Virus record (IMG/VR): IMGVR_UViG_3300032288_005212
Span: 32,001-96,000 of that record
DNA from: an uncultured virus (IMG/VR IMGVR_UViG_3300032288_005212)
Taxonomy: Duplodnaviria; Heunggongvirae; Uroviricota; Caudoviricetes
Strand: one strand, 5' to 3'
Length of the DNA stretch: 64,000 bases
Part shown: one piece after another, positions 7,651-16,153 of the stretch
Layout of the letters: each line of letters opens with the position of its first letter
Numbering within the stretch: position 1 is the stretch's first letter
Program-made: the position numbers and the translations under genes
Notes under the pieces: generated by a model
The model's input: the letters and a program-made list of their open reading frames with translations, nothing else
What the model was told of the DNA's origin: nothing
Databases searched by the model: none

Positions 7651-7685
7651 TCTAATTCTCCTTCGCTTTGGCTTTTATTAGCCAC

Positions 7686-7709
7686 AAAAAAAGCCTCACG
7701 AAGAGGCTT
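7686..7709 (-). terminator. intrinsic terminator
   Basis: minus strand AAGCCTC-TTCGT-GAGGCTTTTTTT. Confidence 0.75.
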
Positions 7710-8186
7710 GAAGATGAAATCTTCCGAGGATGCGAGGGGGGAACAGCCTAAGTGTGGTCTTACGTTCGCCCCCCTCGCTGGGGAAAAGGGGAGAGGTTTC
7801 TAACGAACCACCTCTCTAAAACGTGTTGCCTAGGACTGTAATGGAATACACTAGGACTGTCCATCAGAAGAAATTAGATAACCCATCTTCTTTCTTCCTA
7901 CGGCCTCGAGGGCGCTGCTTTTTTGATACGGAAAGTTGTAAACCGGCGTTTTTTCAAAACTGCAAAAATAAGACAGTTCACGCAATGTCAATTCGGCGTT
8001 TATACAAAACTGCAAAAGGAACAAGGGATTTCTGTTCAATTGTATCTCCGTCGAGATAGCACCCTGGTATGAGTTAAAATATAAGGCGAATATCCGGTTT
8101 AATATTCATTAATCTTTTATCTCTTAACTGGAAGAGGCCCTAACAACCTTTTTAACTCAATTCGAACTCCCTTTCTCTCACAACAT
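7686..8186 (-). ncRNA. candidate ~500-nt structured ncRNA
   Basis: bounded by consensus promoter (8193-8221) and terminator; many stems; no ORF with RBS. Confidence 0.5.
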
Positions 8187-8192
8187 GGGAAT

Positions 8193-8221
8193 ATTATAAG
8201 GGTTGGGAGTTCAAAAGTCAA
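8193..8221 (-). promoter_or_regulatory. sigma70 promoter
   Basis: AAAAAAGTTC-TTGACT-17-TATAAT. Confidence 0.85.
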
Positions 8222-8259
8222 GAACTTTTTTTGGCCTGGTGACTTGAAAATTAAAAGAG

Positions 8260-8970
8260 TTAACTCCTTGTATTTTTAAGAAAAAGCCGATCACTCTTCT
8301 CTCCTTCAATAACATTTTCAACTACAAAACTTTCAAGAAGTTTCTCTACTCCGTTGTTTACACCTCTTCGACTATCAAATATAATTATAGCATTTTTAGC
8401 TGCATTATTCTTGATAAAAGAAATATATTCATCACAGGGGTAATGAAACCCCATTGAAAGAAGTGAAAGAAACAGTGTAAATTCAAATTTTGGAACTTCT
8501 TCCTTTTGAGGATTGCAGATTCTTACATTTGCATTTACATTACTTAAAATAAAAGATTTAGTACTTTCCAGGTTTGCATAGCCTGCTCCTTTTGAAGCAA
8601 AACCATGGTTACGATTATCAGTATCTTCTACATCAATTAGTACAATTTCAGAAGTAAGTTCTTCTGTAAGAAGAAGTAGTTCGATTATTCCATTGCCTGG
8701 ACCAATCGAAACTATTTTATTTAAACATTCTTTATTAAGAAATGCTTTTAGCTCCTTTACTTCAGTACTAATTTCTGAGACAAGTTCTTGAATATAAGAT
8801 TTAGTAAGATTATTATTATTTAAAAAATTTACAATACCTTGTTTATCTCCATAATTAAACCAGTTATGAAGAGCAGCACCACCGCCAAGGCGTAAAAAAG
8901 ACCCAGTTCTTTGAATAACTAGATCAGCTAGAAACTCTGGATTGACCGGCAGTTTTATTTCCGACAGCAT
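8260..8970 (-). CDS. class I SAM-dependent methyltransferase-like protein
   Basis: VSIGPGNG motif I, acidic LIDVE, SLLSMGFHYP. Confidence 0.6.
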   Translation of the reverse strand: MLSEIKLPVNPEFLADLVIQRTGSFLRLGGGAALHNWFNYGDKQGIVNFLNNNNLTKSYIQELVSEISTEVKELKAFLNKECLNKIVSIGPGNGIIELLLLTEELTSEIVLIDVEDTDNRNHGFASKGAGYANLESTKSFILSNVNANVRICNPQKEEVPKFEFTLFLSLLSMGFHYPCDEYISFIKNNAAKNAIIIFDSRRGVNNGVEKLLESFVVENVIEGEKSDRLFLKNTRS

Positions 8971-9194
8971 TTTTCAGCCATCCGACTGACAGCTTCAACA
9001 GCATCATTTGATGTTGTGTTCGCTTCGACGGCGAGAGCTTTTGCTTCAACGGCGAGAGCCTTTGCTTCTTCGGCAACAACTCGCGCATCAAGAGCAGCAG
9101 CCATCGCCTGCTTGCTTTCCGTAATCTCTACCGTTGGTCCTTCCGTGGTGCAGCCTACCAAAGTGAGTGCCGCTACTAGTGCAAAATACTTCAT
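8955..9194 (-). CDS. Lpp/OprI-family alanine-zipper lipoprotein
   Basis: lipobox LVGC, EAKALAV heptads, C-terminus RMAEKCCRK like OprI RMLEKASRK. Confidence 0.75.
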   Translation of the reverse strand: MKYFALVAALTLVGCTTEGPTVEITESKQAMAAALDARVVAEEAKALAVEAKALAVEANTTSNDAVEAVSRMAEKCCRK

Positions 9195-9333
9195 TCATAC
9201 TCCTTTTCAATTATCTTAGCCGTTAGCTCTATTGCATATTCATGCGAAAGAGCAAATTGCTTTACAAGTTCATTTACAATATCATCAAAAGGTTCGTGCC
9301 ACATCTCGAGCACTACAGCTTCAATTTCTGGAT

Positions 9334-9600
9334 TCATCGTCCAATATCTTTTATATTCTCTCTGCTAATAACCTGGTAAGCACCTTTGTTATAAGCAATC
9401 GCAACAGTGTACTTCGAACTCACTTCCTTTTGATAAGAAAGATCCTTAGGCTCCACATATTTTCCAATAGGTGCAGAAGGAATCTTGCTCTCTGCTTTGC
9501 GATTACTAGAGACTTGCAGAGGAACAAACGGAGCTCGAGGCTTCCTTGCCCGAGCAGTTTTACGACGCTTTGAAGGCATCGGATTTACATAGACCATCAT
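9334..9600 (-). CDS. hypothetical phage protein
   Basis: YTVAIAYNKGAYQVI motif common in large phages. Confidence 0.7.
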   Translation of the reverse strand: MMVYVNPMPSKRRKTARARKPRAPFVPLQVSSNRKAESKIPSAPIGKYVEPKDLSYQKEVSSKYTVAIAYNKGAYQVISRENIKDIGR

Positions 9601-9746
9601 CGGCCTTGACCTCGATACGCTTTGTAAGACCTCCTCTGTGTTTTATTCATTGAAGAAGTCTTAACCATCGCAGGGTTGCCGCTGACAGCGGTCTTCTTCG
9701 GTGGATTAGTTTTAGTCTTCTGATTACCAGTACCAATTCTTGCCAT
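9597..9746 (-). CDS. 49-aa basic peptide (YRGQG C-terminus)
   Basis: MARIGTGNQKTKTNPPKKTAVSGNPAMVKTSSMNKTQRRSYKAYRGQGR, translated by hand. Confidence 0.7.
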   Translation of the reverse strand: MARIGTGNQKTKTNPPKKTAVSGNPAMVKTSSMNKTQRRSYKAYRGQGR

Positions 9747-9748
9747 TT

Positions 9749-10276
9749 TTAGTCCCAAAGATTACGATAATATTTACCAAACAAACGAAAACCATTCTGA
9801 GCGCGAAGCTCTCGTTTTGAGTCATACGGCTGATCGTCTTCCACAATATGTTCAAAAGCGTAGATCATTTCGTTCAGAATCCAGTCCCAACGATAGAAAT
9901 GATAAACGTCTGTATCCCAGTCATTTTCTTTTGGAGGAGCATACGTGCTACGAATATATTCGGGCACATCCTCATCATCCGTGTAGGGCGCTCCGTGCTT
10001 TGTATCTCGAAGTTGTTTCAACATTGGAAGAATGATCGGAGCGAGAGTCGAGTCCATTCCCCAGGTATCGTACTTATCAATACGAACACTCACACGACGC
10101 TTTTCAAAAAACTTTAGACGAGCCGTGCCAATCTTATCTACCAGCTTACCAAGTCGAGTACAAGCAAACTTCTCCCCAATCTCAAAACGCCGGTCTTCCG
10201 AAAGAAAGAAAAAAACGCTATCAATCAACTGATACGGGCCGTACCAGTTCGTATACTTTCGAATTACGACTTTCAT
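9749..10276 (-). CDS. conserved hypothetical phage protein
   Basis: DKYDTWGMDSTLA..ILPMLKQL..GFRLFGKYYRNLWD. Confidence 0.75.
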   Translation of the reverse strand: MKVVIRKYTNWYGPYQLIDSVFFFLSEDRRFEIGEKFACTRLGKLVDKIGTARLKFFEKRRVSVRIDKYDTWGMDSTLAPIILPMLKQLRDTKHGAPYTDDEDVPEYIRSTYAPPKENDWDTDVYHFYRWDWILNEMIYAFEHIVEDDQPYDSKRELRAQNGFRLFGKYYRNLWD

Positions 10277-10383
10277 TGATTTGCCTCTTTAGATCACGAA
10301 TTTCGTCAGCAGCAAGAAACATAATTCCTGCGTAGATAGACATATTTGCCATACGAAGAAGTTTTTCTCCGTACTCTTCGAGT

Positions 10384-10638
10384 TTACTCTCCATGATCCA
10401 CCTCAAAACAAATATCCGTTTTGTCCAGATAGATACGAGTAACCACTTTATTTACATCAGGAAGCATAGTTCCAACAGCAATAAAAGGGCCGCCAGAAGG
10501 ATCTACAAAACCGAGTTCGTTGTAGTTGACAGTTTCTTGTCCTTCCTTACCGCCAAAACGAAAGTAGCTACCACCCTTCATTACATAATGGTCACCTTCA
10601 GCATCAAAGGTAATTATTTCGCCATAACGATTTCGCAT
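10384..10638 (-). CDS. hypothetical protein
   Basis: RBS and upstream promoter TTGACT-17-TATAAT at 10662-10690; VDPSGGPFI motif. Confidence 0.7.
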   Translation of the reverse strand: MRNRYGEIITFDAEGDHYVMKGGSYFRFGGKEGQETVNYNELGFVDPSGGPFIAVGTMLPDVNKVVTRIYLDKTDICFEVDHGE

Positions 10639-10693
10639 ACATTCTCTCCCGTAAAGAAGATATTATAAGGCTTTTTTAGTTGCAAGTCAAGAA

Positions 10694-10954
10694 CTATTTT
10701 TCCCACCACTCGTAGACAGAGTTTGCAGTACGAAAACGCACATAATTTCTCACTTCGAGCAGTATCTCTTCAATTGGCGAAGTCTGCCAGGCAAGGTTTT
10801 TTCCAATTGAAAGAGGGCCTACTCGCATACAGACCCCCACTCGAGGACTTGCGTGATATTGAATACACTCCTCTCGATTTTCGTACCATATAGCAGCAGA
10901 AAGCGGGCCACTAGAGCCCGCTCCATCACCAACCCTCTTCAGAAAGTAGGCCAT
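10694..10954 (-). CDS. hypothetical protein, paralog of 11481-11750
   Basis: DGAG.SG..P.VGV.MRVG..WQTS.I.EIL.E..NYVRFRT.NS.YEWWE shared. Confidence 0.7.
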   Translation of the reverse strand: MAYFLKRVGDGAGSSGPLSAAIWYENREECIQYHASPRVGVCMRVGPLSIGKNLAWQTSPIEEILLEVRNYVRFRTANSVYEWWEK

Positions 10955-11123
10955 CTTTCCACTCCTGAAACTGACGAGGAGACATATAGAACTCCAGTAC
11001 AGTTTCAAGTGCCGCAAGAAGTCGATGGTCGTTCTCTTTTATTACGTCATCATAGGCTTGAGCAAGCTCATTTCGAATAAGAGTAGCAATTTGCTCGTGC
11101 TCAATATCAATTTCAAATTTCAT
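10926..11123 (-). CDS. hypothetical protein
   Basis: ORF with GGAG RBS in the co-oriented array. Confidence 0.55.
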   Translation of the reverse strand: MKFEIDIEHEQIATLIRNELAQAYDDVIKENDHRLLAALETVLEFYMSPRQFQEWKDGLLSEEGW

Positions 11124-11480
11124 AGTGAACTCCAGTGTGAAAAGAAAAAATTAGCAATAATAAAAAGATTAGTAATCACTGATTGAACAATGAGAAAAGT
11201 ACGAATCCAAGCAACTTTATCTGCTTCGGAATCGCTACCTACTTTCTCTCCGAGAGCTTTTGCCCACAGTGACCACATTTTCATTCTTCGTCTTCGACTA
11301 CAAAGTGAATTTCAGAACCTAACGCAGCTTGAAAAGCTGACTCAATATATGCCGTATCTTCGACATATTCCCAGCTATCATCCTTTTCAATATGCTTGAT
11401 CCACTCTCCATCAGGACCACGCTCAAAAGTTCCGTTTTCTGTTTCCATCGTGTAAAAACGTCTTTCATAAATTGCAGTAA

Positions 11481-11750
11481 TCATATATGCTCCCACCACT
11501 CGTATATTGAGTTGCTTGTTCGAAATCGAACGTAGTTTTCAGACTCTTCGAGAATCTCTGTAATCAGAGATGTTTGCCACCAATCCTGGTAACTATAGGT
11601 TCGTCCACCAATTGAACCCACTCGCATAGCAACGCCCACTACGGGGCGCGCTCCATGAGAGAGCTTAACTTGTCCATTTTCTAACCAAAGTGCAAGAGAC
11701 ATTCCACCACTGTCGCCAGCCCCATCACTTTCTCGTCGAAGATTATACAT
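11481..11750 (-). CDS. hypothetical protein, paralog of 10694-10954
   Basis: motifs shared with the paralog. Confidence 0.7.
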   Translation of the reverse strand: MYNLRRESDGAGDSGGMSLALWLENGQVKLSHGARPVVGVAMRVGSIGGRTYSYQDWWQTSLITEILEESENYVRFRTSNSIYEWWEHI

Positions 11751-12021
11751 TCTGTTCCTCTATACTATTGTGCAGGTCAAGATAGCCTGCGCACTGTGCT
11801 TGAGCATATGCTTCTGGCCCAAAGCCAAAGGTATCATACAGCACGCCACGATAAGTTCGATTTTCAACTAGTTCTGCTTTATGTATTCTTCGTACAACTG
11901 CACAAAATGCTTTTAGTTGATCCTCTTTTGAAAGAGAATTCCAAAATTCCTCTTGTTCTGCTTCTAGTGACTCCATTGCTTCCTTAAAGATTTTACTAAA
12001 TTCTTCCAAAGCTTCAAGCAT
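11743..12021 (-). CDS. hypothetical protein, paralog of 15824-16105
   Basis: W.SLSKE.QL..FCAVVRRI...TYR..LYD.F.F shared. Confidence 0.7.
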   Translation of the reverse strand: MLEALEEFSKIFKEAMESLEAEQEEFWNSLSKEDQLKAFCAVVRRIHKAELVENRTYRGVLYDTFGFGPEAYAQAQCAGYLDLHNSIEEQNV

Positions 12022-12346
12022 GATTGTCGCACCTCGTTTTGAGCCAACCACCTTTTACGAAATTTTGCCCAGGTGATCCACAGATTTCACAAACATTATT
12101 GCTCATGCACTCTGCCATTCCAATCGCACCTTCGATGAATTCGTCAGCATAATGAGAATAAACTCGAAGTCCACCAAACTTTTCTTTGATTTGAACAACT
12201 TCGAATACGCCATCAAGCGGAGTGCGAGCTACATGACAATTAATCGTATGCAAAAGATTTTTAATCAAAGAATGCCATCCTTTTCCTACTGCAAAAATGC
12301 AATCATGTGATAGAATATCTTCATATTTTTCTCGAAGATCGTTCAT
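12014..12346 (-). CDS. hypothetical protein (QIKEKFGGLR family, Zn-finger C-terminus)
   Basis: GW..L, QIKEKFGGLRVY, CEICG..C motifs. Confidence 0.7.
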   Translation of the reverse strand: MNDLREKYEDILSHDCIFAVGKGWHSLIKNLLHTINCHVARTPLDGVFEVVQIKEKFGGLRVYSHYADEFIEGAIGMAECMSNNVCEICGSPGQNFVKGGWLKTRCDNHA

Positions 12347-12543
12347 TTTTTCTTTTCCCACGCCCAGTTATCTGTTGCCCAATCAAGTATACAATCATTA
12401 AATGAATACTCTCCGTCCCCATACTTTCGGCACATCGCCTTATGCCAGAATGGAAAATAGTCACGACGAATATCTTCTTCGGTGACAGTTACAATATGAC
12501 CATCACCATATTCATCGTATGCGTCATATTGAAAATATCTCAT
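12343..12543 (-). CDS. hypothetical protein
   Basis: ATGA-coupled ORF in array. Confidence 0.6.
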   Translation of the reverse strand: MRYFQYDAYDEYGDGHIVTVTEEDIRRDYFPFWHKAMCRKYGDGEYSFNDCILDWATDNWAWEKKK

Positions 12544-12758
12544 TCGTCACCATCCCATTCAATACCGTTATTATAACACCATTCTTTAATAATGTCAATG
12601 CTTTTTTGCGCCTGGGCCTCTTCTGCATCCCAAGTTTCTTGAGTGTAGTTATCTCCGCCACAACCACAGTCACAGCCAAAACGCACAGCCATACGAGTAG
12701 GACTCCAGAGAGCTTGCTCGTAGTTTGAAAACATATACTTGAGTTCAGAAAATTTCAT
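12540..12758 (-). CDS. hypothetical protein (GCDCGCGGD motif)
   Basis: coupled ORF with Cys-rich motif. Confidence 0.6.
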   Translation of the reverse strand: MKFSELKYMFSNYEQALWSPTRMAVRFGCDCGCGGDNYTQETWDAEEAQAQKSIDIIKEWCYNNGIEWDGDE

Positions 12759-13002
12759 TTCTTTTTTGCAGCCTTATTTGCCTATTTAAGTCTTCCCAAA
12801 GATTGATAGCTTCTTCTCGCGTATCTGCAGTTATATTTATACCACATTCATCATCCAAGTCAGGACATCGAATAGTCCAACACCAGTTCGACTGGGGAGC
12901 TTCTGCGTTTGAAATATAAGTTTTGGTTCCATCTTCTTCAAGAACCCATGCTTCGCCAGTAGGCTCTGGCTTAAATATAGTACCACATACAGGACATTTC
13001 AT
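12745..13002 (-). CDS. Lar-like Zn-ribbon protein
   Basis: CPVCG...RC....CG...TREEAINLW pattern of the Lar restriction-alleviation family. Confidence 0.45.
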   Translation of the reverse strand: MKCPVCGTIFKPEPTGEAWVLEEDGTKTYISNAEAPQSNWCWTIRCPDLDDECGINITADTREEAINLWEDLNRQIRLQKRNEIF

Positions 13003-13196
13003 TTTTTAACTCCAAAGTGTTCCTTTATCTCATCACCAATAATATCAAGACCGTAGTCATCTACATGAACATCAATACATTCCTGAATAATCAACTGTAC
13101 GAAATATTCAAGCTCATCATCAGTAAACACCCAAGCAGGAGCAGAGATGTTCTCTACAATGGCTTCCAGAGCCAGGTCTCTAATTCGTATATTCAT
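12999..13196 (-). CDS. hypothetical (MNxRIRxLA..FAxLIIxEC family)
   Basis: paralogous with 14226-14429 and 14762-14965. Confidence 0.65.
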   Translation of the reverse strand: MNIRIRDLALEAIVENISAPAWVFTDDELEYFVQLIIQECIDVHVDDYGLDIIGDEIKEHFGVKK

Positions 13197-13197
13197 G

Positions 13198-13437
13198 CTA
13201 GTCTCTCATCCAAGGTCTTGGAGCATACGCTGCCATCATTATTTCACGCATTAGCATATTTTCTTTTCGCAACTCTTCCACTTCTTTTTTCAGAGCTGCG
13301 TACTCACACGTTTGATGATGCGTCTTTGCATTTACGTTAAATTTGCAATGAGGGCACCACTGAGCATGAGTGAATATGTCAAAACACTCACAGAGATCTA
13401 TCGGAGAAAAGCACGTTCCGCAGACTTCACGATTCAT
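13198..13437 (-). CDS. Cys-rich hypothetical protein
   Basis: start moved to ATG after AAGGAG at 13437. Confidence 0.55.
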   Translation of the reverse strand: MNREVCGTCFSPIDLCECFDIFTHAQWCPHCKFNVNAKTHHQTCEYAALKKEVEELRKENMLMREIMMAAYAPRPWMRD

Positions 13438-13717
13438 GTTTACTCCTTGCGCGAATGGCGGCAGCTTTAATGTCAAGAAGCTCGACACCTTCTTCACCAC
13501 CAATGTATCCCCATATAGCGTCGCGGCGGTGTTCTTCATCTGGCTCTACCAACTTCGCACACGCTTCCCGCTCATGCGCTGCGATGAGGGCGGCAAACTT
13601 CTCTAGCTGTACTATACCCATCATCCAGACTGTGTTCTGAGATGGCAGTGCAACTTCTGCGTAAGGCTCTTCTGAGATAGCCTTTCGTGCCATCTCAATT
13701 AGATTAAGACGATTCAT
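13427..13717 (-). CDS. hypothetical (AAHEREACA family)
   Basis: paralog of 13704-13964; AAGGAG RBS. Confidence 0.65.
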   Translation of the reverse strand: MNRLNLIEMARKAISEEPYAEVALPSQNTVWMMGIVQLEKFAALIAAHEREACAKLVEPDEEHRRDAIWGYIGGEEGVELLDIKAAAIRARSKHES

Positions 13718-13964
13718 GTTTACTCCTTGCGCGCATGGAGTCATAAATAACTTGTACTGGAGACTCACGTATGGCGGCGGCAACCTCTGATAACGTTAAA
13801 TAGTGTTCAGCGAGGATGCTATCTTCGCATACTCGTGCACACGCTTCTCGCTCATGCGCTGCGACAAGGGCGGCGAAGCGTTCAAGAAATGCAATATCAC
13901 TTGAAGACATCGCCCAAGTGAAATTGACTTCACGTGCCATGCGGATGATATCATCACGATTCAT
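13704..13964 (-). CDS. hypothetical (MNRDDIIRMARE..AAHEREACA family)
   Basis: paralog of 13427-13717. Confidence 0.65.
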   Translation of the reverse strand: MNRDDIIRMAREVNFTWAMSSSDIAFLERFAALVAAHEREACARVCEDSILAEHYLTLSEVAAAIRESPVQVIYDSMRARSKHESS

Positions 13965-14229
13965 GTTGCCACCAGGTGATTTTTCCATGAACTTTTTCAT
14001 ACTCGGCGATCAACTCTTCGTATGGCATGACTTCTTCTGTTTCAAAGGTGTCCAGCCAGTTTGTCAGATTGCCCCAGTCTTGCCGATGCATCATGCTCAA
14101 CGCATACTCCTCTGGGTACTCTGAGTCTGTGCCGTAGATGTCGATGCGACCAGTGGCCCAACAGTCGCCGTGTTTCTCGGTCCAGTCAAGAGATACAGGT
14201 CCCATCCAGTTGGTGCTATAGTGGATCAT
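13954..14229 (-). CDS. hypothetical protein
   Basis: coupled ORF. Confidence 0.6.
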   Translation of the reverse strand: MIHYSTNWMGPVSLDWTEKHGDCWATGRIDIYGTDSEYPEEYALSMMHRQDWGNLTNWLDTFETEEVMPYEELIAEYEKVHGKITWWQHES

Positions 14230-14429
14230 CGCTTGAGTCCAAAACGATTGACTTTGAGCCAGTCTAATTGACTAACCGCTTCATCATGTCCATGCCATGA
14301 CAAATTATCCTGACATTCCCGAATCAATAACTCGGCGAATTTTTCAACATCCATCATTGCTGGAACTATACTGTCTCCCCACTCACCTGCACCTGCCTGC
14401 AGGGCAAGTTCTCTAATTCGTTCGTTCAT
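14226..14429 (-). CDS. hypothetical (MNERIRELA family)
   Basis: paralog motif EKFAELLIREC. Confidence 0.65.
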   Translation of the reverse strand: MNERIRELALQAGAGEWGDSIVPAMMDVEKFAELLIRECQDNLSWHGHDEAVSQLDWLKVNRFGLKR

Positions 14430-14626
14430 ACCCGTTTCACCTGCCAGCAATGACTGCGACCTTTGACACCGTCATCATATTGTAACTCCAAGTCGCCCCA
14501 GAAGGACTCTGGTCCATCGTAGTGACGAATCTGACGAATCACTGTGGCTTCCATTTTTGCGGGACCCACATATACACGATCCCCCGCCTGAAATGGTGCA
14601 GGCTTCTGAACGATATCATTCTCCAT
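14426..14626 (-). CDS. hypothetical SH3/KOW-like protein
   Basis: FQAGDRVYV motif; start revised. Confidence 0.5.
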   Translation of the reverse strand: MENDIVQKPAPFQAGDRVYVGPAKMEATVIRQIRHYDGPESFWGDLELQYDDGVKGRSHCWQVKRV

Positions 14627-14761
14627 AATATACACCCTTTGGTAGATCAGGTCGATACTTCCACAGCCAAAAGTCTGCCATGGGCATATGCCTGCTGGGA
14701 AAGTACCAGACTTTTCGATAGCCCAGACTCTGCATGAATTTGTCAAAGTACCAGCGTATCA

Positions 14762-14965
14762 TCACTCAATACCAAAGTGTTCTCGCCAAGCAGCAGCAAT
14801 ATGGCGATTATAGAGTTCGTTGTCAACCAAAGCATTTGCACACTCCGAAATAATCAGACGAGCAAACTGCTCTAGTTCTGCATCGTAGAACTGCCACACA
14901 GGCGGAACGTGCTTTCGTGTGCCTGCGGCGTCTTCAGCAAGTTTACGCAAGAGCACATCATTCAT
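14762..14965 (-). CDS. hypothetical (FARLIISEC..EHFG family)
   Basis: paralog motif. Confidence 0.65.
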   Translation of the reverse strand: MNDVLLRKLAEDAAGTRKHVPPVWQFYDAELEQFARLIISECANALVDNELYNRHIAAAWREHFGIE

Positions 14966-14966
14966 T

Positions 14967-15209
14967 TCAGTATGCTCCCCAGTCCCCGCCGCTCAGTGCG
15001 GCTTCAACTCTTGTGACGATATAGCCGTCATTGCTGTAGTCGTGGATGTACCTTAGCAACTCCTCCAACTCCGCGATGCGGGCGCGGAGGTAGGCGATTT
15101 CTTCCGTGATGCTTTCCTGATCTCCAATGGTCAGACGAATATCACCCAAGCCGAGATGGAAGTCTTTATGATGCCGCCGCATCTCAAACATCGATTCAAT
15201 GTCCATCAT
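14967..15209 (-). CDS. hypothetical coiled-coil protein
   Basis: RIAELE...AALSGG shared with 15206-15463. Confidence 0.6.
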   Translation of the reverse strand: MMDIESMFEMRRHHKDFHLGLGDIRLTIGDQESITEEIAYLRARIAELEELLRYIHDYSNDGYIVTRVEAALSGGDWGAY

Positions 15210-15463
15210 TCCCTCCCGCCGCTCAGGGCGGCTTTAGCGTTGCGGTATGTAGCCGATCCGAATCCGAGAGCGCGCCATGTTTTGTACTCGCTTTCTCCGT
15301 AGTCGCGTATATTATCTCTGAGAAACCAATACTCCATGTTATCTACTGCGCCGCGAAGAGCAGCCTCCAACTCCGCGATGCGGCGGTCCTTCGCAGCGTT
15401 CTCCGCGCGGAGGCGTTCAAGCTCAGCGGTTTGCTCTTGAGCGATATCGTCATCATGATTCAT
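15206..15463 (-). CDS. hypothetical coiled-coil protein
   Basis: RIAELE...AALSGG. Confidence 0.6.
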   Translation of the reverse strand: MNHDDDIAQEQTAELERLRAENAAKDRRIAELEAALRGAVDNMEYWFLRDNIRDYGESEYKTWRALGFGSATYRNAKAALSGGRE

Positions 15464-15653
15464 GTTTAATTCTCGCAAGAACATTTAGAAGTTCAAATTC
15501 GCCATACGTCAAACTAAAATGCTTATCGTCAATAGTTACGTCAAACCCTTCGCCATTGTTCCACTCAGTAACTTCCATGAAAGAGTGATCTTTTGCCAAA
15601 TGGCAGTACTCTTTCAAGGGTGCGAATACAGCTTTACGATTATAGAATTCCAT
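15453..15653 (-). CDS. hypothetical protein
   Basis: EVTEW.NGEGFDV motif; GGAGG RBS. Confidence 0.65.
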   Translation of the reverse strand: MEFYNRKAVFAPLKEYCHLAKDHSFMEVTEWNNGEGFDVTIDDKHFSLTYGEFELLNVLARIKHES

Positions 15654-15837
15654 CGTCATCCTCCAGGCAATATCCAATGCCAATATCAACGTAAGTTTGA
15701 CCATTTTCATTATAGCGACGAACATTATAATTACCACGATAATGGTAACTACGAACGCCGTCACTAATCAAAATCTCTACGTCTCCAATATCAGCTTGGA
15801 GAAGTTGAAGTTCACTAATCATATCACTGATTTTCAT
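15640..15837 (-). CDS. hypothetical protein
   Basis: coupled ORF. Confidence 0.55.
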   Translation of the reverse strand: MKISDMISELQLLQADIGDVEILISDGVRSYHYRGNYNVRRYNENGQTYVDIGIGYCLEDDDGIL

Positions 15838-16105
15838 TTATCACCATTGCATTATGCATTTCAAGAAAGCCCGCATCCATTGCACGAACATAGGAATTGA
15901 AATCAAACTCAAATACGTCGTAAAGAATGTGACGGTAAGTTCCTTTTACTACAAACTCTCCGTCACAAATCCGTCGCACTACGGCGCAAAATACATCAAG
16001 TTGTTGCTCTTTTGAAAGCGAACTCCAAGTTTCCTCTTCTCGAGCACGATATACTTTTCGAGCCTGTTCAAAAGCTCCCCGAAGTTCTTCAATCACTTCT
16101 TTCAT
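15824..16105 (-). CDS. hypothetical protein, paralog of 11743-12021
   Basis: shared motif; promoter TTGACT-17-TATAAT at 16129-16157. Confidence 0.7.
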   Translation of the reverse strand: MKEVIEELRGAFEQARKVYRAREEETWSSLSKEQQLDVFCAVVRRICDGEFVVKGTYRHILYDVFEFDFNSYVRAMDAGFLEMHNAMVINENQ

Positions 16106-16153
16106 CTGTAACTTTCCAAAGAAGAATTATTATAGTGCATAAAACTAAAAAAG

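Noticed and set aside
7937-8017. Two ~31-bp imperfect direct repeats as a mini-CRISPR array
   Set aside because: Only two copies, an 18-nt gap, no palindrome or typical repeat end, and no cas genes; treated as part of the candidate ncRNA.
7851-8039. 62-aa minus ORF and the overlapping plus ORFs 7603-8059
   Set aside because: Weak start codons or no RBS, no protein-like motifs, and they overlap the structured region.
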